A stretch of DNA of 64,000 nt from Squalus acanthias (lineage: Eukaryota), in the NCBI GenBank assembly GCA_030390025.1, contig CM059432.1, forward strand, positions 69,194,001 through 69,258,000, written 5' to 3'. A program made the translations under genes and the position numbers. How positions within the stretch are numbered: the first letter of the stretch is position 1; each line of letters begins with the position of its first letter. Below are positions 1 through 12,450 of the stretch, one piece after another. The notes beneath the pieces are model-generated. The model ran no database searches. It was not told where the DNA came from and saw only the letters and a program-made list of their open reading frames with translations.

Positions 1-854
1 ACAGCTAAAAATGTGTTTATCACCAAAAATAAGCATTTTTAATATTGGTGTCCAGTCCTCCACCTGTGATTTAAAATCACTGAAAATTACTTAAAAAAGC
101 TACTGAACCATTTAATCGTTCCATTGGTGTACACTAGACTGTTTCTTAGCAAATCAAATATTTTTTGCAAAACGTGCCTACTACTGCCTGTGCACCTATG
201 AAAGTGGATGGAATTTGAAGAGCCTTCCCGAACCAATGTAATCGGCAGAATTTCGCAATTTTGACCTGGGGGCGTGGCCAGTTTTCCGGCCGGGGCCTGA
301 TCCAGCTGAATTGAACCTTGAACCAGCGGAAAAGATCACGGAAAACATGAACGTAAATGGTTTTCGCCGTAACTCACTTACGTTTAAAATTCCCCGATCT
401 TTTGTGCTGGTTCGGCCGATTCCACCCAGGTTGCGTTGATATTACTATCGTAAACAACCTGATTCTGGACAACTGCTGAGCTGGATGGACTGAATGGCTT
501 ATTATTGTTCCTACATTCAAAGTTTCTTGTCGGTACTGAAAAGTTTTCTATTTTCACAGTCTGTACCTCCTTTAACTCATGCTATTATCAAGAACGATTT
601 ACTGTATTTTTCTAGAAATGACTGCTATGAAGTGAAATTACAAAAACACTTTTTAAAATGAATAATGAATAATTCATTACGAGACATAATTGTATCTTGT
701 CTTAGTTTTAACTGTAGTGGCAAAATATTGTCTTTTTTCTACCAGTTTTTGGAACTCGGATTCAGTTTTCCCTTCTCAACCCAGGGGCATGGAGGGCCTT
801 CCCAATATACCAGCTAAAATTAGTTAACACAGACCAGAGACTGAAGCAGGGATA

Positions 855-1400
855 ATAGAATCATAGAATCATACTGCACAGAAGGAGGCAATTTGGCCCA
901 TTGTGCCTGTGCCAGCTCTTTGATAGAACTATCCAATTAGTCCCACGCCCCTGCTCCCCTGCCTCGATTTTAAAATTCTCATCCTTGTTTTCAAATCCCT
1001 CCATGGCCTCACCCTTCCCTATCTCTGTAATCTCCTCCAGCCCCACACCCCCCACCCCCTCCAAGGTATCAGCGCTCCTCTAATTCTGGACTCTTCAGCA
1101 TCCCTGATTATAATCGCTCAATCATTGGTGGCCGTGCCTTCTGTTGCCTCGGCCCTAAGCTCTGGAATTCCCTGCCTAAGCCTCTCCGCCTTGCTACCTC
1201 TCTTTCCTCCTTTAAGACGCTCCTTAAAACCTACCTCTTTGACCAAGCTTTTGGTCATCTGCCCTAATTTCTCCTTATGTGGCTCGGTGTCAAATTTTTG
1301 TTTTATAAAACTCCTGTGAAGCACCTTGGGACGTTTTACTATGTTAAAGGTTCTATATGAATACAAGTTGTTGTTGTTGTTGCTCTTTCCCCATAGCAAA
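855..1400 (-). mobile_element. CR1 LINE 3' tail fragment, split by an L2 insertion
   Basis: (TAGAATCA)n tail followed by CACAGAAGGAGGC...GCCCA, the 3' end seen in other CR1 copies here; resumes at ~1381 (TGCTCTTTCCCCATAGC). Confidence 0.6.
958..1381 (+). mobile_element. L2 LINE 3' fragment
   Basis: Highly similar to 22645-23055; ends in the L2-type tail ...TATATGAATACAAG(TTG)n. Confidence 0.8.
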
Positions 1401-2365
1401 TTTTCCAAAATTAGCATATGACAAGTACGAAATTGATACGTATTCAGCAGGATTAGAGATCCCACCCTCCTCTGATGATGGCAACATTTGGGGCAGGTGA
1501 AGGCTTCATCCCCAACAGGCCCAAAAGCGGAACATCACCGCAAGGCCAGGGCCTGGTGTACCCACAAGATAAAAACCTCAGCCAATTAGGGAAAATAATC
1601 TGGAAAAATCTTCTCCGACCCCTTCAGGCAATCGAAACTAGTCCAGGAGACCATTCTGGCCCTGATTAATGTTATACGATACCTACCTTTTGTAAGAGGT
1701 GATCTCCACCCCAGCCAGAAACAGATCCAACTCTCGTTTGAAGAAATTCAGTGAATAGGTGTCCACCACACGAGCCGGCAGCCTGTTCCACAGATCCACT
1801 ATTCTCTGGGAAAAGAACCACCTCCTAACATTTAATCTAATTCTGCCTTTACATAACTTGGGACCCCTGACCCTCCCTAACCGATTTAGTTGAAACAAAT
1901 TGTCTACACAAACACAATCCAATCCCTTCATAATCTTATGAACCTCAATCAAATCATCCCTATGTCTACACTTTTCTAAAGGGTAGAGACCAGTTCTTTG
2001 AGCCAATCTTGGTAACTAAGATGCTTGAAACTGGGATTTAATCTTGTGACCCTCCTGTGCACCCTTTTCAAAGCTTCAATGTCACCCACCATGTGAGGAG
2101 ACCAATCCCTTAGCGCATCTAAATCTGTTTGCAATAGTCGAGCATCATTTACAGTCCTGACTCTCGCACATATCTTGGTAATATCTGCAAACTTGCAGAT
2201 TGTGACCCCCAACACCTATATCTAGATCATTCATAAAATTAGTAAATAGCAACGGTCCCAACAATGATCCCTACAGGATGCCACTGGTGACCGGTCTCCA
2301 AGCAGATCCAAATCCATCTACAACTACTTTATGCCTGTAGCTTTTAGCCAGTTCTGAAACCATCA
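1400..2365 (-). mobile_element. Degenerate CR1 LINE (3' part of ORF2 and 3'UTR)
   Basis: ORF pieces KFADITKI...LQTDLD and ...FFSQRIVDLWNRLP...FKRELD are CR1 RT/C-terminal motifs; internal deletions present. Confidence 0.8.
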
Positions 2366-2790
2366 TGCTCCATGAATATTGTTGGCGTTCAGTGCACCAC
2401 TGCTGCTTTCCCTGTAAAGCTGCCCATGTTTCTGGATGATGATCCATTTTCCAACCTGTGTTCCCATTGAGATTATGTTAAGACTAAGACCTAGAAATCG
2501 GTTTGCCCCCGAAAATAGGCAAGGGGATCGCAATGCGTTAGCAACCCATGCCCATTCGGAGGACTGCAGGCAGCACGCAAACTTTGTGCTGCCTGCTCAT
2601 TTGCATGGTTGCGATATTCAGCCCAGCACTGAATGCATTGCTGAGTGGCAGATTGCTCAACAGGGGGCCCAAGTTCGTCTGAGGCTAGCACCAATTAAAG
2701 CTAGCCTGCACATCTTAAAGAGGAGGTGAATTCCGCCTGCAGCAGCTCATTGAACTGGCTGGGGAAGAGAGTGGGAAAAATCTATTGATG

Positions 2791-4568
2791 ATGGCACAAC
2801 AGGGGAGAGAGTGCGCACCAAAGTTCTCCGATGCAGCACTGGAGGCCTCAATTCGAGGAGAGAGGTATTCTTTCCACAGGGGACCAGGAGGCCCGCCAGG
2901 CAACAGACAAAAGTGCAATGGGAACAATAGCCAATGTGATGAATGCCAGCAGTGTTGCCCCGAGGATGTGAACTCAGTGCAGAAAGAAGTTTAATGACCT
3001 CACACGAGTGCTCAATAATGACCTCACACGAGCGCTCAATGTCTGTAAATTCATCTTCAAATACCATATCCCACGATCTGCAACATTAGCTTCACACACT
3101 GCTTAATGCACCACACACCCATCACTCACCTACCAACAATCTCTACCAAACACAACTCGTACCTCACATTCATAGCTTCAGCTTCAGCTCAACCTCACAT
3201 ACTTACCACTGCTAATAGCCTCACGCTCACATCTCACAGCTTGCACACACTGTCAGCTATTCAACTAGGTCCAGCACATCACCCAAGCACATTGCACCAC
3301 ACTCACTGACACACTTCCCTTTCTCTTGCAGGAAAAGGTGGGGCATAACCGTCACCAGCAGAACCTAACCGGGAGGGGACAAGCTCGCCTGCATCACCTC
3401 ACCCCCTTGGAGGAGATGGTGCTAGTCATTCTGGGGAGGGGCAAGGGTAAGCCCATGGCCAGCGGTGGAGTTGAAAGAGTAGAAGATGCCAGTATCCTCA
3501 TACATTATCCTACTTCTTACATTCCATTCCCCCCTCATCCCACAATCTCTTCTGATTTACAATCTGCGCATGGTGTATGCATGCATCTCTTGCTTTACCA
3601 CCCACCCACTCCTCCGCTCACCACAACCTACCCTTGTGCCTTTCTCATTTCAGATACCCAAGAAATCCAACCTGCCCAGCCAGTGGTGCAAGAACAAGAG
3701 GGAGGAGAGTCATGATGAAGAAGAAACACCGTCACTCGATCTGACACTCGCAGCCACCAGCTCAGATACTGGCACTGCGCAGAGTTTAGAGGGCAGCTTA
3801 GAGGTGGGATCTGCACGTGGTGAATCACTGGGTATGAGTGGGCTACAGCCAGGGCAGGAGGAAATGGTAGCGCACATGCCAGCTCCCCGGAGGGCGAGGT
3901 CGCACACGAGTTCTGCAGCAGAGGACTCAGATGAAGACTTCGATGGGGCGGCCTACAGAAGAACACTGATGGGTATGCACAGCAAAATGCTTGGTGCATT
4001 GGCATGCCTGCCAGAAAGCCTAAGTGCAATTTCAAGGAGGGCATGGAGTAGTCCGGCACTAACCTTGCGCAGAGCTTGGAGCTCATCCTTTCCAGCATGA
4101 AGTCATGCAGGCTCAGCTTGCTGCAACACAAGCTCAGACTGCTGCCATTGTGACTGCGTTTACGAGTGTGGAAAGGGGCTTGCAGGGTCTCACAGTAGTC
4201 CACCAATCTGTCCTCCAACAGATGTATAGGAATGCTGAAACGCCACCCTGAAGGAGTTGCAGTGGCTCCTTGGAGGACGAACCTGCTGTCCTCTCTCAGG
4301 ATGACACCATTCATCCTCCCACTGCCACTCCGCTGCCTTTCAGTCACCCAGACTGCTGCCGCCCATGCTGAGGTGCTGAAGTCCAGAGCCGGGCCTTCTA
4401 GAGGTGCTCGAGGTCATTCTGCAAGGCCATCTGCAGTCTCCCCCACTGAAAGTCAGCAGCACTTCCACCAGCCATGCTGTAGCTACTGGAGTAGCACTTC
4501 GTAGGAGCACGAGGACAGGCAAAGACACACTGAAGACATGCACTAAGATAATGCAAAACGGTGATTAG
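2791..4568 (+). pseudogene. Harbinger Myb/SANT-like DNA-binding protein gene, 3 exons, frameshifted
   Basis: MAQQGRECAPKFSDAALEA...QCRKKFNDLTR exon (to ~3040); exon 2 3332-3491 (EKVGHNR...); exon 3 from 3654, homologous to 47884-48995. Confidence 0.75.
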
Positions 4569-4575
4569 TTGGCTT

Positions 4576-7346
4576 TAGAACATAGAACATAGAACATAGA
4601 ACAGTACAGCACAGTACAGGCCCTTCGGCCCTCGATGTTGTGCCGAGCATTGTCCGAGACCAAGATCAAGCTATCACACTCCCTATCACTCTGGTGTGCT
4701 CCATGTGCTTATCCAATAACCGCTTGAAAGTTCCTAAAGTGTCCGACTCCACTATCACAGCAGGCAGTCCATTCCACACCCCAACCACTCTCTGAGTAAA
4801 GAATCTACCTCGGACATCCCTTCTATATCTCCCCCCATGCACCTTATAGTTATGCCCCCTTGTAACAGCTGCCTCTACCCGAGGAAATAGTCTCTGAACA
4901 TCCACTCTATCTATCCCCCTCATCATCTTATAAACCTCTATTAAGTCGCCTCTCATCCTCCTCCGCTCTAAAGAGAAAAGCCCCAACTCCCTCAATCTTT
5001 CCTCATAAGACCTCCCCCCCAAACCAGGCAGCATCCTGGTAAATCTCCTTTGCACTCTTTCCAATGCTTCCACGTCCTTCCTATAGTGAGGTGACCAGAA
5101 CTGCACACAATATTCCAAATGTGGTCTCACCAAGGTCCTGTACAGTTGCAGCATAACCTCATGGTTCTTAAACTCAAACCCTCTGTTAATAAACGCCAAC
5201 ACACCATAGGCCTTCTTTACTGCTCTATCCACTTGAGTGGCAACCTTCAGAGATCTGTGGATATGAACCCCCAGATCCCTCTGCTCCTCCACGTTCCTCA
5301 GAACCCTGCCGTTGACCCTGTAATCCTTATTCAAATTTGCCCTACCAAAATGAATCACCTCGCACTTATCAGGGTTAAATTCCATCTGCCATTTTTCGGC
5401 CCAGCTCTGCATCCTATCAATGTCTCTTTGCAGCCTACAACAGCCCTCCACCTCATCCACTGCTCCACCAATCTTGGTGTCATCAGCAAATTTACTGATC
5501 CACCCTTCAGTCCCCTCCTCCAAGTCATTGATAAAAATCACAAACAGCAGAGGACCCAGCACCGACCCCTGTGGCACACCGCTGGTAACTGGTCTCCAGT
5601 CCGAAAATGTTCCATCCACCACCACCCTCTGCCTTCTATGAGATAGCCAGTTACTTATCCAATCGGCCAAATTTCCCTCTATCCCACAACTCCTTACTTT
5701 CTTCATGAGCCGACCATGGGGAACCTTATCAAACGCCTTACTAAAATCCATGTATACGACATCAACTGCTCTACCTTCATCTACACACTTAGTTACCTCC
5801 TCAAAGAATTCAATCAAATTTGTTAGGCAAGACTTACCCTTCACGAATCCGTGTTGACTATCCCTGATTAAGTTGCCCCTTTCCAAATGGTCATAAATCC
5901 TATCCCTCAGGACCTTTTCCATTATCTTACCAACCACCGAAGTAAGACTAACCGGCCTATAATTACCAGGGTCATTCCTATTTCCTTTCTTGAAGAGAGG
6001 AACAACATTCGCCACTCTCCAGTCCTCTGGCACCATTCCCGTGGACAGTGAGGACCCAAAGATCAAAGCCAGAGGCTCTGCAATCTCCTCCCTTGCCTCC
6101 CAAAGAATCCTAGGATATATCCCATCTGGCCCAGGGGACTTATCGACCCTCAGGTTCTTCAAAATTGCTAAAACATCTTCCCTCAGAACATCTACCACCT
6201 CCAGCCTATCCACCTTTATCACACTCTCATCCTCAAGAACATGGCCCCTCTCCTCGGTGAACACTGACGAAAAGTATTCATTCATCACCTCTCCTATCTC
6301 TTCTGACTCCATGCACAAGTTCCCACTACTGTCCTTGACCGGCCCTACCCTCACCCTGGTCATTCTTTTATTTCTCAAATAAGAGTAAAATGCCTTGGGG
6401 TTTTTCTTGATCCGACCCGCCAAGGACTTCTCATGCCCCCTCCTAGCTCTCCTAAGCTCTTTTTTTAGCTCATTCCTTGCTACCTTGTACCCCTCAATCG
6501 ACCCAACTGAACCTTGTTTTCTCATCCTTACATACGCTTCCTTTTTCCTCTTGACTAGACATTCAACCTCTTTTGTGAACCATGGTTCTCTCACTCGGCC
6601 ATTTCCTCCCTGCCTGACAGGGACATACCTATCAAGGACACGCAGTAATTGCTCCATGAAAAAGCTCCACTTTTCGTTTGTGCCTTTCCCTGATAGTTTC
6701 TGTTCCCATCTTATACTCCCTAATTCTTGCCTAATCGCATCATAATTACCCCTCCCCCAATTATAAACCCTGCCCTGCCGTATGGCCCTATCCCTCTCCA
6801 TTGCAATAGTGAACATTACCGAATTGTGGTCACTATCTCCAAAGTGCTCTCCCACATACAAATCAAACACTTGGCCCGGTTCATTACCCAGTACCAAATC
6901 CAACGTGGCCCCAGCTCTTGTCGGCCTATCCACATATTGTGTCAGGAAACCCTCCTGCACACACTGTGCAAAAACTATCCCATTCGAACTGTTTGACCTA
7001 TAAAGGTTCCAATCAATATTTGGAAAGTTGAAGTCACCCATGACAACTACTTTGTGACCTCCACACCTATTCATAATCTGCTTTGCAATTTCTTCCTCCA
7101 CATCTCTATTACTATTTGGGGGCCTGTAGAAAACTCCTAACAACGTGACCGCTCCTTTCCTATTTCTAACTTCAGCCCATATTACCTCAGACGGCAGATC
7201 CCCCTCGAACTGCCTTTCTGCCGCTGTTAAACTATCCTTGATTAACAATGCTACTCCTCCACCTTTCTTACCAACTTCCCTACTCTTACTGAAACATCTA
7301 TACCCCGGAACTTCCAACAAGCATTCCTGTCCCTGTTCTAACCATG
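4576..7346 (-). mobile_element. Young 5'-truncated CR1 LINE
   Basis: (AGAACAT)n tail at 4576-4602, 3'UTR and an unbroken ORF2 segment. Confidence 0.95.
4666..7320 (-). CDS. CR1 ORF2 (partial APE endonuclease + reverse transcriptase), 884 aa without stops
   Basis: GVFYRPP, MGDFNFPNIDW and SDHN (APE); PGPDG, YRPVSLTS, DFSKAFDKV, GVPQGSVLGP and FADD (RT). The APE N-terminus is lost by truncation. Confidence 0.9.
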   Translation of the reverse strand: MLEVPGYRCFSKSREVGKKGGGVALLIKDSLTAAERQFEGDLPSEVIWAEVRNRKGAVTLLGVFYRPPNSNRDVEEEIAKQIMNRCGGHKVVVMGDFNFPNIDWNLYRSNSSNGIVFAQCVQEGFLTQYVDRPTRAGATLDLVLGNEPGQVFDLYVGEHFGDSDHNSVMFTIAMERDRAIRQGRVYNWGRGNYDAIRQELGSIRWEQKLSGKGTNEKWSFFMEQLLRVLDRYVPVRQGGNGRVREPWFTKEVECLVKRKKEAYVRMRKQGSVGSIEGYKVARNELKKELRRARRGHEKSLAGRIKKNPKAFYSYLRNKRMTRVRVGPVKDSSGNLCMESEEIGEVMNEYFSSVFTEERGHVLEDESVIKVDRLEVVDVLREDVLAILKNLRVDKSPGPDGIYPRILWEAREEIAEPLALIFGSSLSTGMVPEDWRVANVVPLFKKGNRNDPGNYRPVSLTSVVGKIMEKVLRDRIYDHLERGNLIRDSQHGFVKGKSCLTNLIEFFEEVTKCVDEGRAVDVVYMDFSKAFDKVPHGRLMKKVRSCGIEGNLADWISNWLSHRRQRVVVDGTFSDWRPVTSGVPQGSVLGPLLFVIFINDLEEGTEGWISKFADDTKIGGAVDEVEGCCRLQRDIDRMQSWAEKWQMEFNPDKCEVIHFGRANLNKDYRVNGRVLRNVEEQRDLGVHIHRSLKVATQVDRAVKKAYGVLAFINRGFEFKNHEVMLQLYRTLVRPHLEYCVQFWSPHYRKDVEALERVQRRFTRMLPGLGGRSYEERLRELGLFSLERRRMRGDLIEVYKMMRGIDRVDVQRLFPRVEAAVTRGHNYKVHGGRYRRDVRGRFFTQRVVGVWNGLPAVIVESDTLGTFKRLLDKHMEHTRVIGSVIA

Positions 7347-7469
7347 ATTGATTGATAAAGTTGGATTGGAATGTGGTGACATTTATTTCAGCATAGTGGC
7401 CAAGAGGACGCTGTGATGGTAAGTAACAGAGAGAAGGTAAGGTGTGGGACTATTGTTGATTGGGGAATT

Positions 7470-8227
7470 GGGGTTGTGTTCACTGGTACCGCAGTTGGAT
7501 GAGTCGATCTCGGACAGCCTGAGCAGAAAGGGGCTCTTCCTCTTCCGCTTCCTACTCTTCCGCCTCCTCCTCTTCCGCCTCCTCCTCTTCCGCCGTTTGC
7601 CGTTTGCCTGGTGGCAAGGGCTGGGCCCTCTTGATAGTGAGGCTATGGAGCATACAGCAGACCATGACATGCTGCCATGTGTGGTTGGGTTGCAGTGTGG
7701 AGACATAAGCCAGGTGGTCAGCCTTTGTCACCCAGTAGCCACCGTCTGGTTTGTCTTGGTGGCTCGAAGACTGAGGGAACAGCGGACTGGCGCAGAATAA
7801 AAGCATCATGACTGCTGCCAGGATACCGGGCATTCACCATCATGATGTGCTGAGCATGGTCACACACCAACTGCACATTCAGCGAGTGGTAACCTTTGCA
7901 GTTGTGGTACATCTCAGCATTTAGATATGGTGCCCGCAAAGCCGCGTGCTTGCAGTCGAAGGCACCCTGCATCATGAGGAAGCTTGCTATCCTGGCAAAG
8001 TCACGTGTACACTCTGCCTGTTTCTCTCTGGTCAGAGAGAAGGCAATGAAGTCCCCTCTCCTGGCATAAAGAGCTTCAGTTACCTCTCTTATGCAGCAGT
8101 GGACGGTGATCTGGGAGATGTTACAGAGGTCGCCTGCTGGAAGGATCCCGACATGAAGAAATTCAGGTCCTCGGTCACTTTCACAGCCACTGGCAGCACT
8201 GACCTTGCCCTGGTGTGAGGCTGCAGG
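7470..8227 (-). pseudogene. Harbinger (HARBI1-like, DDE_Tnp_4-type) transposase remnant
   Basis: QGAFDCKH, KGYHSLNVQLVCD, YPGSSHDAFIL and WLLGDKG motifs; acidic C-terminal tract. Confidence 0.85.
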
Positions 8228-9830
8228 TCATAGAGTCATAGGGGGAAAAATTCGGTTGATTAGCGCCTCTCATTAGTGCCCTCTTAGGTTTCTTCCGACA
8301 TTGGGTGTAGGTCCTGGGCACCATGCTCCTGGAGGAGACATGCTGAGCCACCTCCCTCCACACTCTTCTATATTCGCATGGCAATGGCCTCCTGCCACTC
8401 TGTGGGTAGAGTACTGACCTTCGGCGCTCCACTGCGCCAACCAGAGCCACCAAGGTCCGGTTGCTGAAGCACTGAGCTCGTTCCCTGGGCCTCTCCATTC
8501 TTCTTTCCAGCAGAATTGAAATTCAGGTCTGACCAAGCCGAGATTCAAGGCTGCAATGAGCAGGGTGTGGCTGGAGAGCAAGATCGACCCACCCCTTTAA
8601 GAACTGGCCGGCGCCAGTGTATCTGTGTTCCATTGCTAACTGACATCACCTGAGCTTCACCAGCGCTCTGAGGTAGCGCCTCATTCCTCGGCATTAGCAC
8701 CTTAAGAGAGGTGTGTAGCGCCTGATTTAGCGCTCAAATCACCTCCACGGGCGATAGAAGCCAAGTTTGCAGTCGGAGGTGATAATTAGCGCCTGGCGCT
8801 AAACTTTGCGCCCGGCCGATAATTGCGCCCCAAACGGGGCGATACCGAATTTCTCCCCGTAGAGTCATAACGGCACAGAAGGAGGCCATTCGATCCATCG
8901 ATCCGTGCCAGCTCTCTGTCGAGCAATCCAGTCAGTCCCATTCCCCCGCTTTATCCCTGTAGCCCTGCAAGTTGATTTCCCTCAGGTGCCTATCCAGTCT
9001 CCCCTTGAAAACATTGAGTGTCTCTGCTTCCACCACTTCTGTCGGCAGCGAGTTCCAGGTCCTCACCACTCGCTGCGTAAAAAAGTTTTTCCTCACGTCC
9101 CCCCTGTATCTCTTGCCCAAAACCTTAAATCTGTGTCCCCTCGTCCTTGTACCATCAACTAGTGGGAACAGCCTTTCCCCGTCTAGCCTATCCAAACCCG
9201 TCATAATCTTGTACACCTCTATCAAATCACCCCTCAACCTCCTTTGCTCTAATGAAAACAAATCCAGCTTCTCCAACCTGTTCTTGTAGCTAAGATCCCC
9301 CATCCTCGGAACCATTCTGGTAAATCTCCTCTGCACCCTCTCATGGGCCTTCACATCCTTCCTAAAGTGTGGTGACCAGAACTGGACGCAATACTCCGGT
9401 TGTGGCCTAAACAGCGCTTTATAAAGGTTCAGCATAACTTCTCTACTTCTGTAACTCAATACCTCTATTTATGAAGCCCAAGATCCCATATGCTTTGCTA
9501 ACCACTCTCTCAATATGTCCCGCCACCTTCAGGGATCTATGCACATTAACTCCCAGGTCCCTCTGTCCCTGCACACTCTTTAAAACTGTGCCATTAAGTG
9601 TATATTGCCTCTCCCTGTTCCTTCTGCCAAAATGCATCACCTCACACTTCTCTGTATTAAATTCCATCTGCCACTTGTCTGCCCATTCTGCTAGCCTTTC
9701 TATGTCCTATTGCAGACGATTGGTATCAACATCACTGTTTGCCACCCCCCAAAGTTTGGTGTCATCAGCAAATTTAGAAATTCTACTCTGTATTCCAATA
9801 TCCAGGTCATTTATATATATCAAAAAAAGT
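8228..9830 (-). mobile_element. 5'-truncated CR1 LINE whose (TCATAGAG)n tail is split by the Harbinger derivative
   Basis: FADD region to C-terminus (EYCVQFWSPH, FFTQRVV) with a frameshift at ~9450; tail repeats at 8228-8241 and 8860-8869. Confidence 0.9.
8242..8859 (-). mobile_element. Non-autonomous Harbinger derivative (~620 bp) carrying a Myb exon-1 remnant
   Basis: TIRs GGGGAAAAATTCGGT / ACCGAATTTCTCCCC(G), flanked by TAG on both sides. Internal frame reads RPRERAQCFSNRTLVALVGAVERRR...WREVAQHV...TQCRKK. Confidence 0.8.
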
Positions 9831-11975
9831 AGCATCTTCAACAGCTTGGTCTTCATGCAATATTTGCCAAGGTCTAAAATGAAATTTGTGCCAAGGATAT
9901 AATTGCTTCTAATGTAAACATTAAAATGCTTTTAACTGATTTTGCTACTGTTCCAAAGATATTTGCTGCCTCCCTGAATTCGTCTAGCTTTCCTTTTAGG
10001 TCATATTTCCTCCGTGTAAAAAAACTGCTTTTTTCTCCATAGATTTATGCCCATTCTAGTCAGAATGTACAGCTATAAATCTGTTCTATGAGAAGCTTAC
10101 TTTAGTCCACCATGCTCCAGTTCACAAATGTTGATTTCCTGTATGCAAATACTGAATCAAGGCTTCATGTGTTGAGGTGATTTGGTTTCAAATTGACGCC
10201 AGTGTTTAAAAATAACACAGAGCTTGGAAAACAAAGTTACACTTGCTCCTAGGGTAACCTAAACCACTAAACTCATGTCTGAAGCACAAATTTCCACTAA
10301 GAACTAAATTTAACAATATCAAAGCCTTAAAAGATTTGGAACAATTATATTAAACTCCATTGTTGGCTTTGATTGAAAGTCTAGTCGCTGTAACAAAATC
10401 CTGGGTGACTGTACATTCATGCTGCATTAGACAAAGCAGAGTGCTAAACAAAATGGAGGTTTGAATGAATCTCAGCCTTAGTTAACTTTCAGTTAGATAC
10501 TGCTCAACAGTAAAATACTGATGGGAATAAAACTGTAATGGTAACAATGAGGTCAACCAGTTTCCTATCTTCTGGCCACTCGACTTCCTTGTGGAATCAC
10601 GTGGTTAACTTTATTCACTTTGTTTATGGAAATCATGAAATTCTGAGCCTGTCCTGTTAGGCTGTTGCAACAATCTTATCTTACAGTTCTACAAGGAAGC
10701 AATGCAGTACCATACCTTGCTGTTATCCTGTTTCTTACAGTGCAGTAGGCAAGAGTCTCGGTGGCTGACCCACATAATCTGTTTCACCTGACAGACTGTT
10801 TTTCTTCTCAGAATGCCCGGGGATGCCAAGTTCTAGAAATTAATTTCTGTGAGATTACGGGGCAAGGTGGCCTAAGTCTTGGCCCTGCCCCCACCTTATA
10901 CTCACCCTACAACATTCGGAGGCACGAACTGTTCAAACTGCTGCTCACATGTTCACCTGCAGATGACTTTTTGCACTGAATTTGCTGAATTTCATACATG
11001 AAAAAAGATGATTAGAATGCAAAATACAGTCAATGTGGTACTACAGATGCAAAAATATTGCATTATTTACAGATTTTTTAAAAGGACATCAAATAAGATT
11101 TTCATTAGATTCAATGAGATTTTGCCAAATTGTGAAGCTCACCAAAAGTCAGTAATACTTGATATAGCTAGCGCAGTTGTCCAAATACAAATATTTTCTT
11201 GTTAATAACTTGTGTCTGTATCTGACCTCCATCACTTTCAAAATGCTTGTAGGTGTCTAATTCACTATATTATAGAATTGGCCACACATAACAGGCCCAA
11301 GCTCAAATCTTCACTCAACATTTGTATTTGAGAGGAAAGGAAGCTTGTCAGACTTCCATTGTGTCTGCTGGATGGAGAGAAAGTAAGCCATTGGGAAATT
11401 TCTTCTTGTTCCATTCAGAAATTTCCCCTCCCTTGGAATTACCAAAGAGCACTGCTGACACCATCCATGGAGAGGACCCAGTCTGAACATTCTTGACCAA
11501 GGATAATATTGATGTAGGAGGGTTAACTCAAAGCATTCATTTTTTAAGCATTATAAAAATCTTAGAGTACATGAATGGTGTAGTGGGTAAGATCAGCCAC
11601 TTTTAATTCTGTCCAGCACAGACTAATGGGTGGAAGTCTCCTGTCTGAAGTTGTCTTCACTCTGCTCCAATAGGAAAAGCATTTCAACAGCAATGCAAGA
11701 GAGCTGTGGTTACACGGTCCCCTCACAGCTCACCTATGAGACAAGTTGCTCTTTTACTTAGAGAGATTGAAGGACAGCTCGCTGTTCTAAAATAGTATTT
11801 TTTTAAACAAAGAAGTTCTTAAAACTACAAAAAAACAGGCAATTTTGAATTCATAAGAACAGGCCATGCAGCCCTTAGTTCAGGCCTCCTAGTTCAGTGA
11901 ACAGTTTTATAAGGTAACCAAAAGACCACCTTCAAATATGCATTTCATAAGTGATGGAAGTCAGTTACAAACACT

Positions 11976-12117
11976 GGCGGTGAAATTGGTCTTGTGCAGT
12001 AGCACAAAGCAGGTGAAAGAGAATTGGCAGTCCATTTTACATCGGGCGGGTGTAAAATGAGTTTGCTGTTTTGCTATCGCCCATTTTGCGCTCTCGCCGA
12101 AGACCAATTTCACCCCC
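11976..12117. mobile_element. MITE (imperfect hairpin)
   Basis: TIRs GGCGGTGAAATTGGTCTT / AAGACCAATTTCACCCCC; flanks ACT/ACC. Confidence 0.65.
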
Positions 12118-12170
12118 ACCAGGTCTAAAACAGGAAATGTCTATACTTAGATAACAGCACCAGACATAAC

Positions 12171-12450
12171 GGCCCCGATATTTACAGGGAGGTGAGAAGG
12201 GAACGGGGCGAGCGCGGTTGTGGGGGGGAAACCCTGAAATCCCGGGGACGCGGAGGTCCTGCTGAATTTAACAGCAGGACCTCAATATGGTTTGCTTGAG
12301 GGGCCAGGGGAGCACTCCTGCAAGATGGGACACAGGCCCTAAACGTGGCAGTTTGGGGATGCCTTTCATGATTTTTAATTTTTAACCCCTCCCATCCTCG
12401 ACTCTCTCTCACCCATCGTGGGGGGGCGGGAGGTGGTTAATAATGATCCC
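12171..12450. mobile_element. Probable GC-rich MITE-like remnant
   Basis: Starts GGCCCCGATATTTA, contains the hairpin GAGGTCCTGCTG...CAGCAGGACCTC, and ends in an imperfect inverted terminus. Confidence 0.35.

Larger units (their letters stand above)
2488..8227. mobile_element. PIF/Harbinger DNA transposon copy A (Myb gene +, transposase -), interrupted by CR1 and truncated on the right
   Basis: TAA|GACCTAGAAATCGG left end resembles the other Harbinger termini in the window. Carries a Myb-like gene and a HARBI1-like transposase in convergent orientation, like copy B. Confidence 0.8.

Noticed and set aside
1..470. CpG-rich end of a DNA transposon at the window start
   Set aside because: Looks repeat-like, but no TIR partner or TSD is visible within the window.
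5119..7351. Multiple plus-strand ORFs opposite the CR1, and similar antisense ORFs over other LINEs
   Set aside because: Shadow frames of RT coding sequence.
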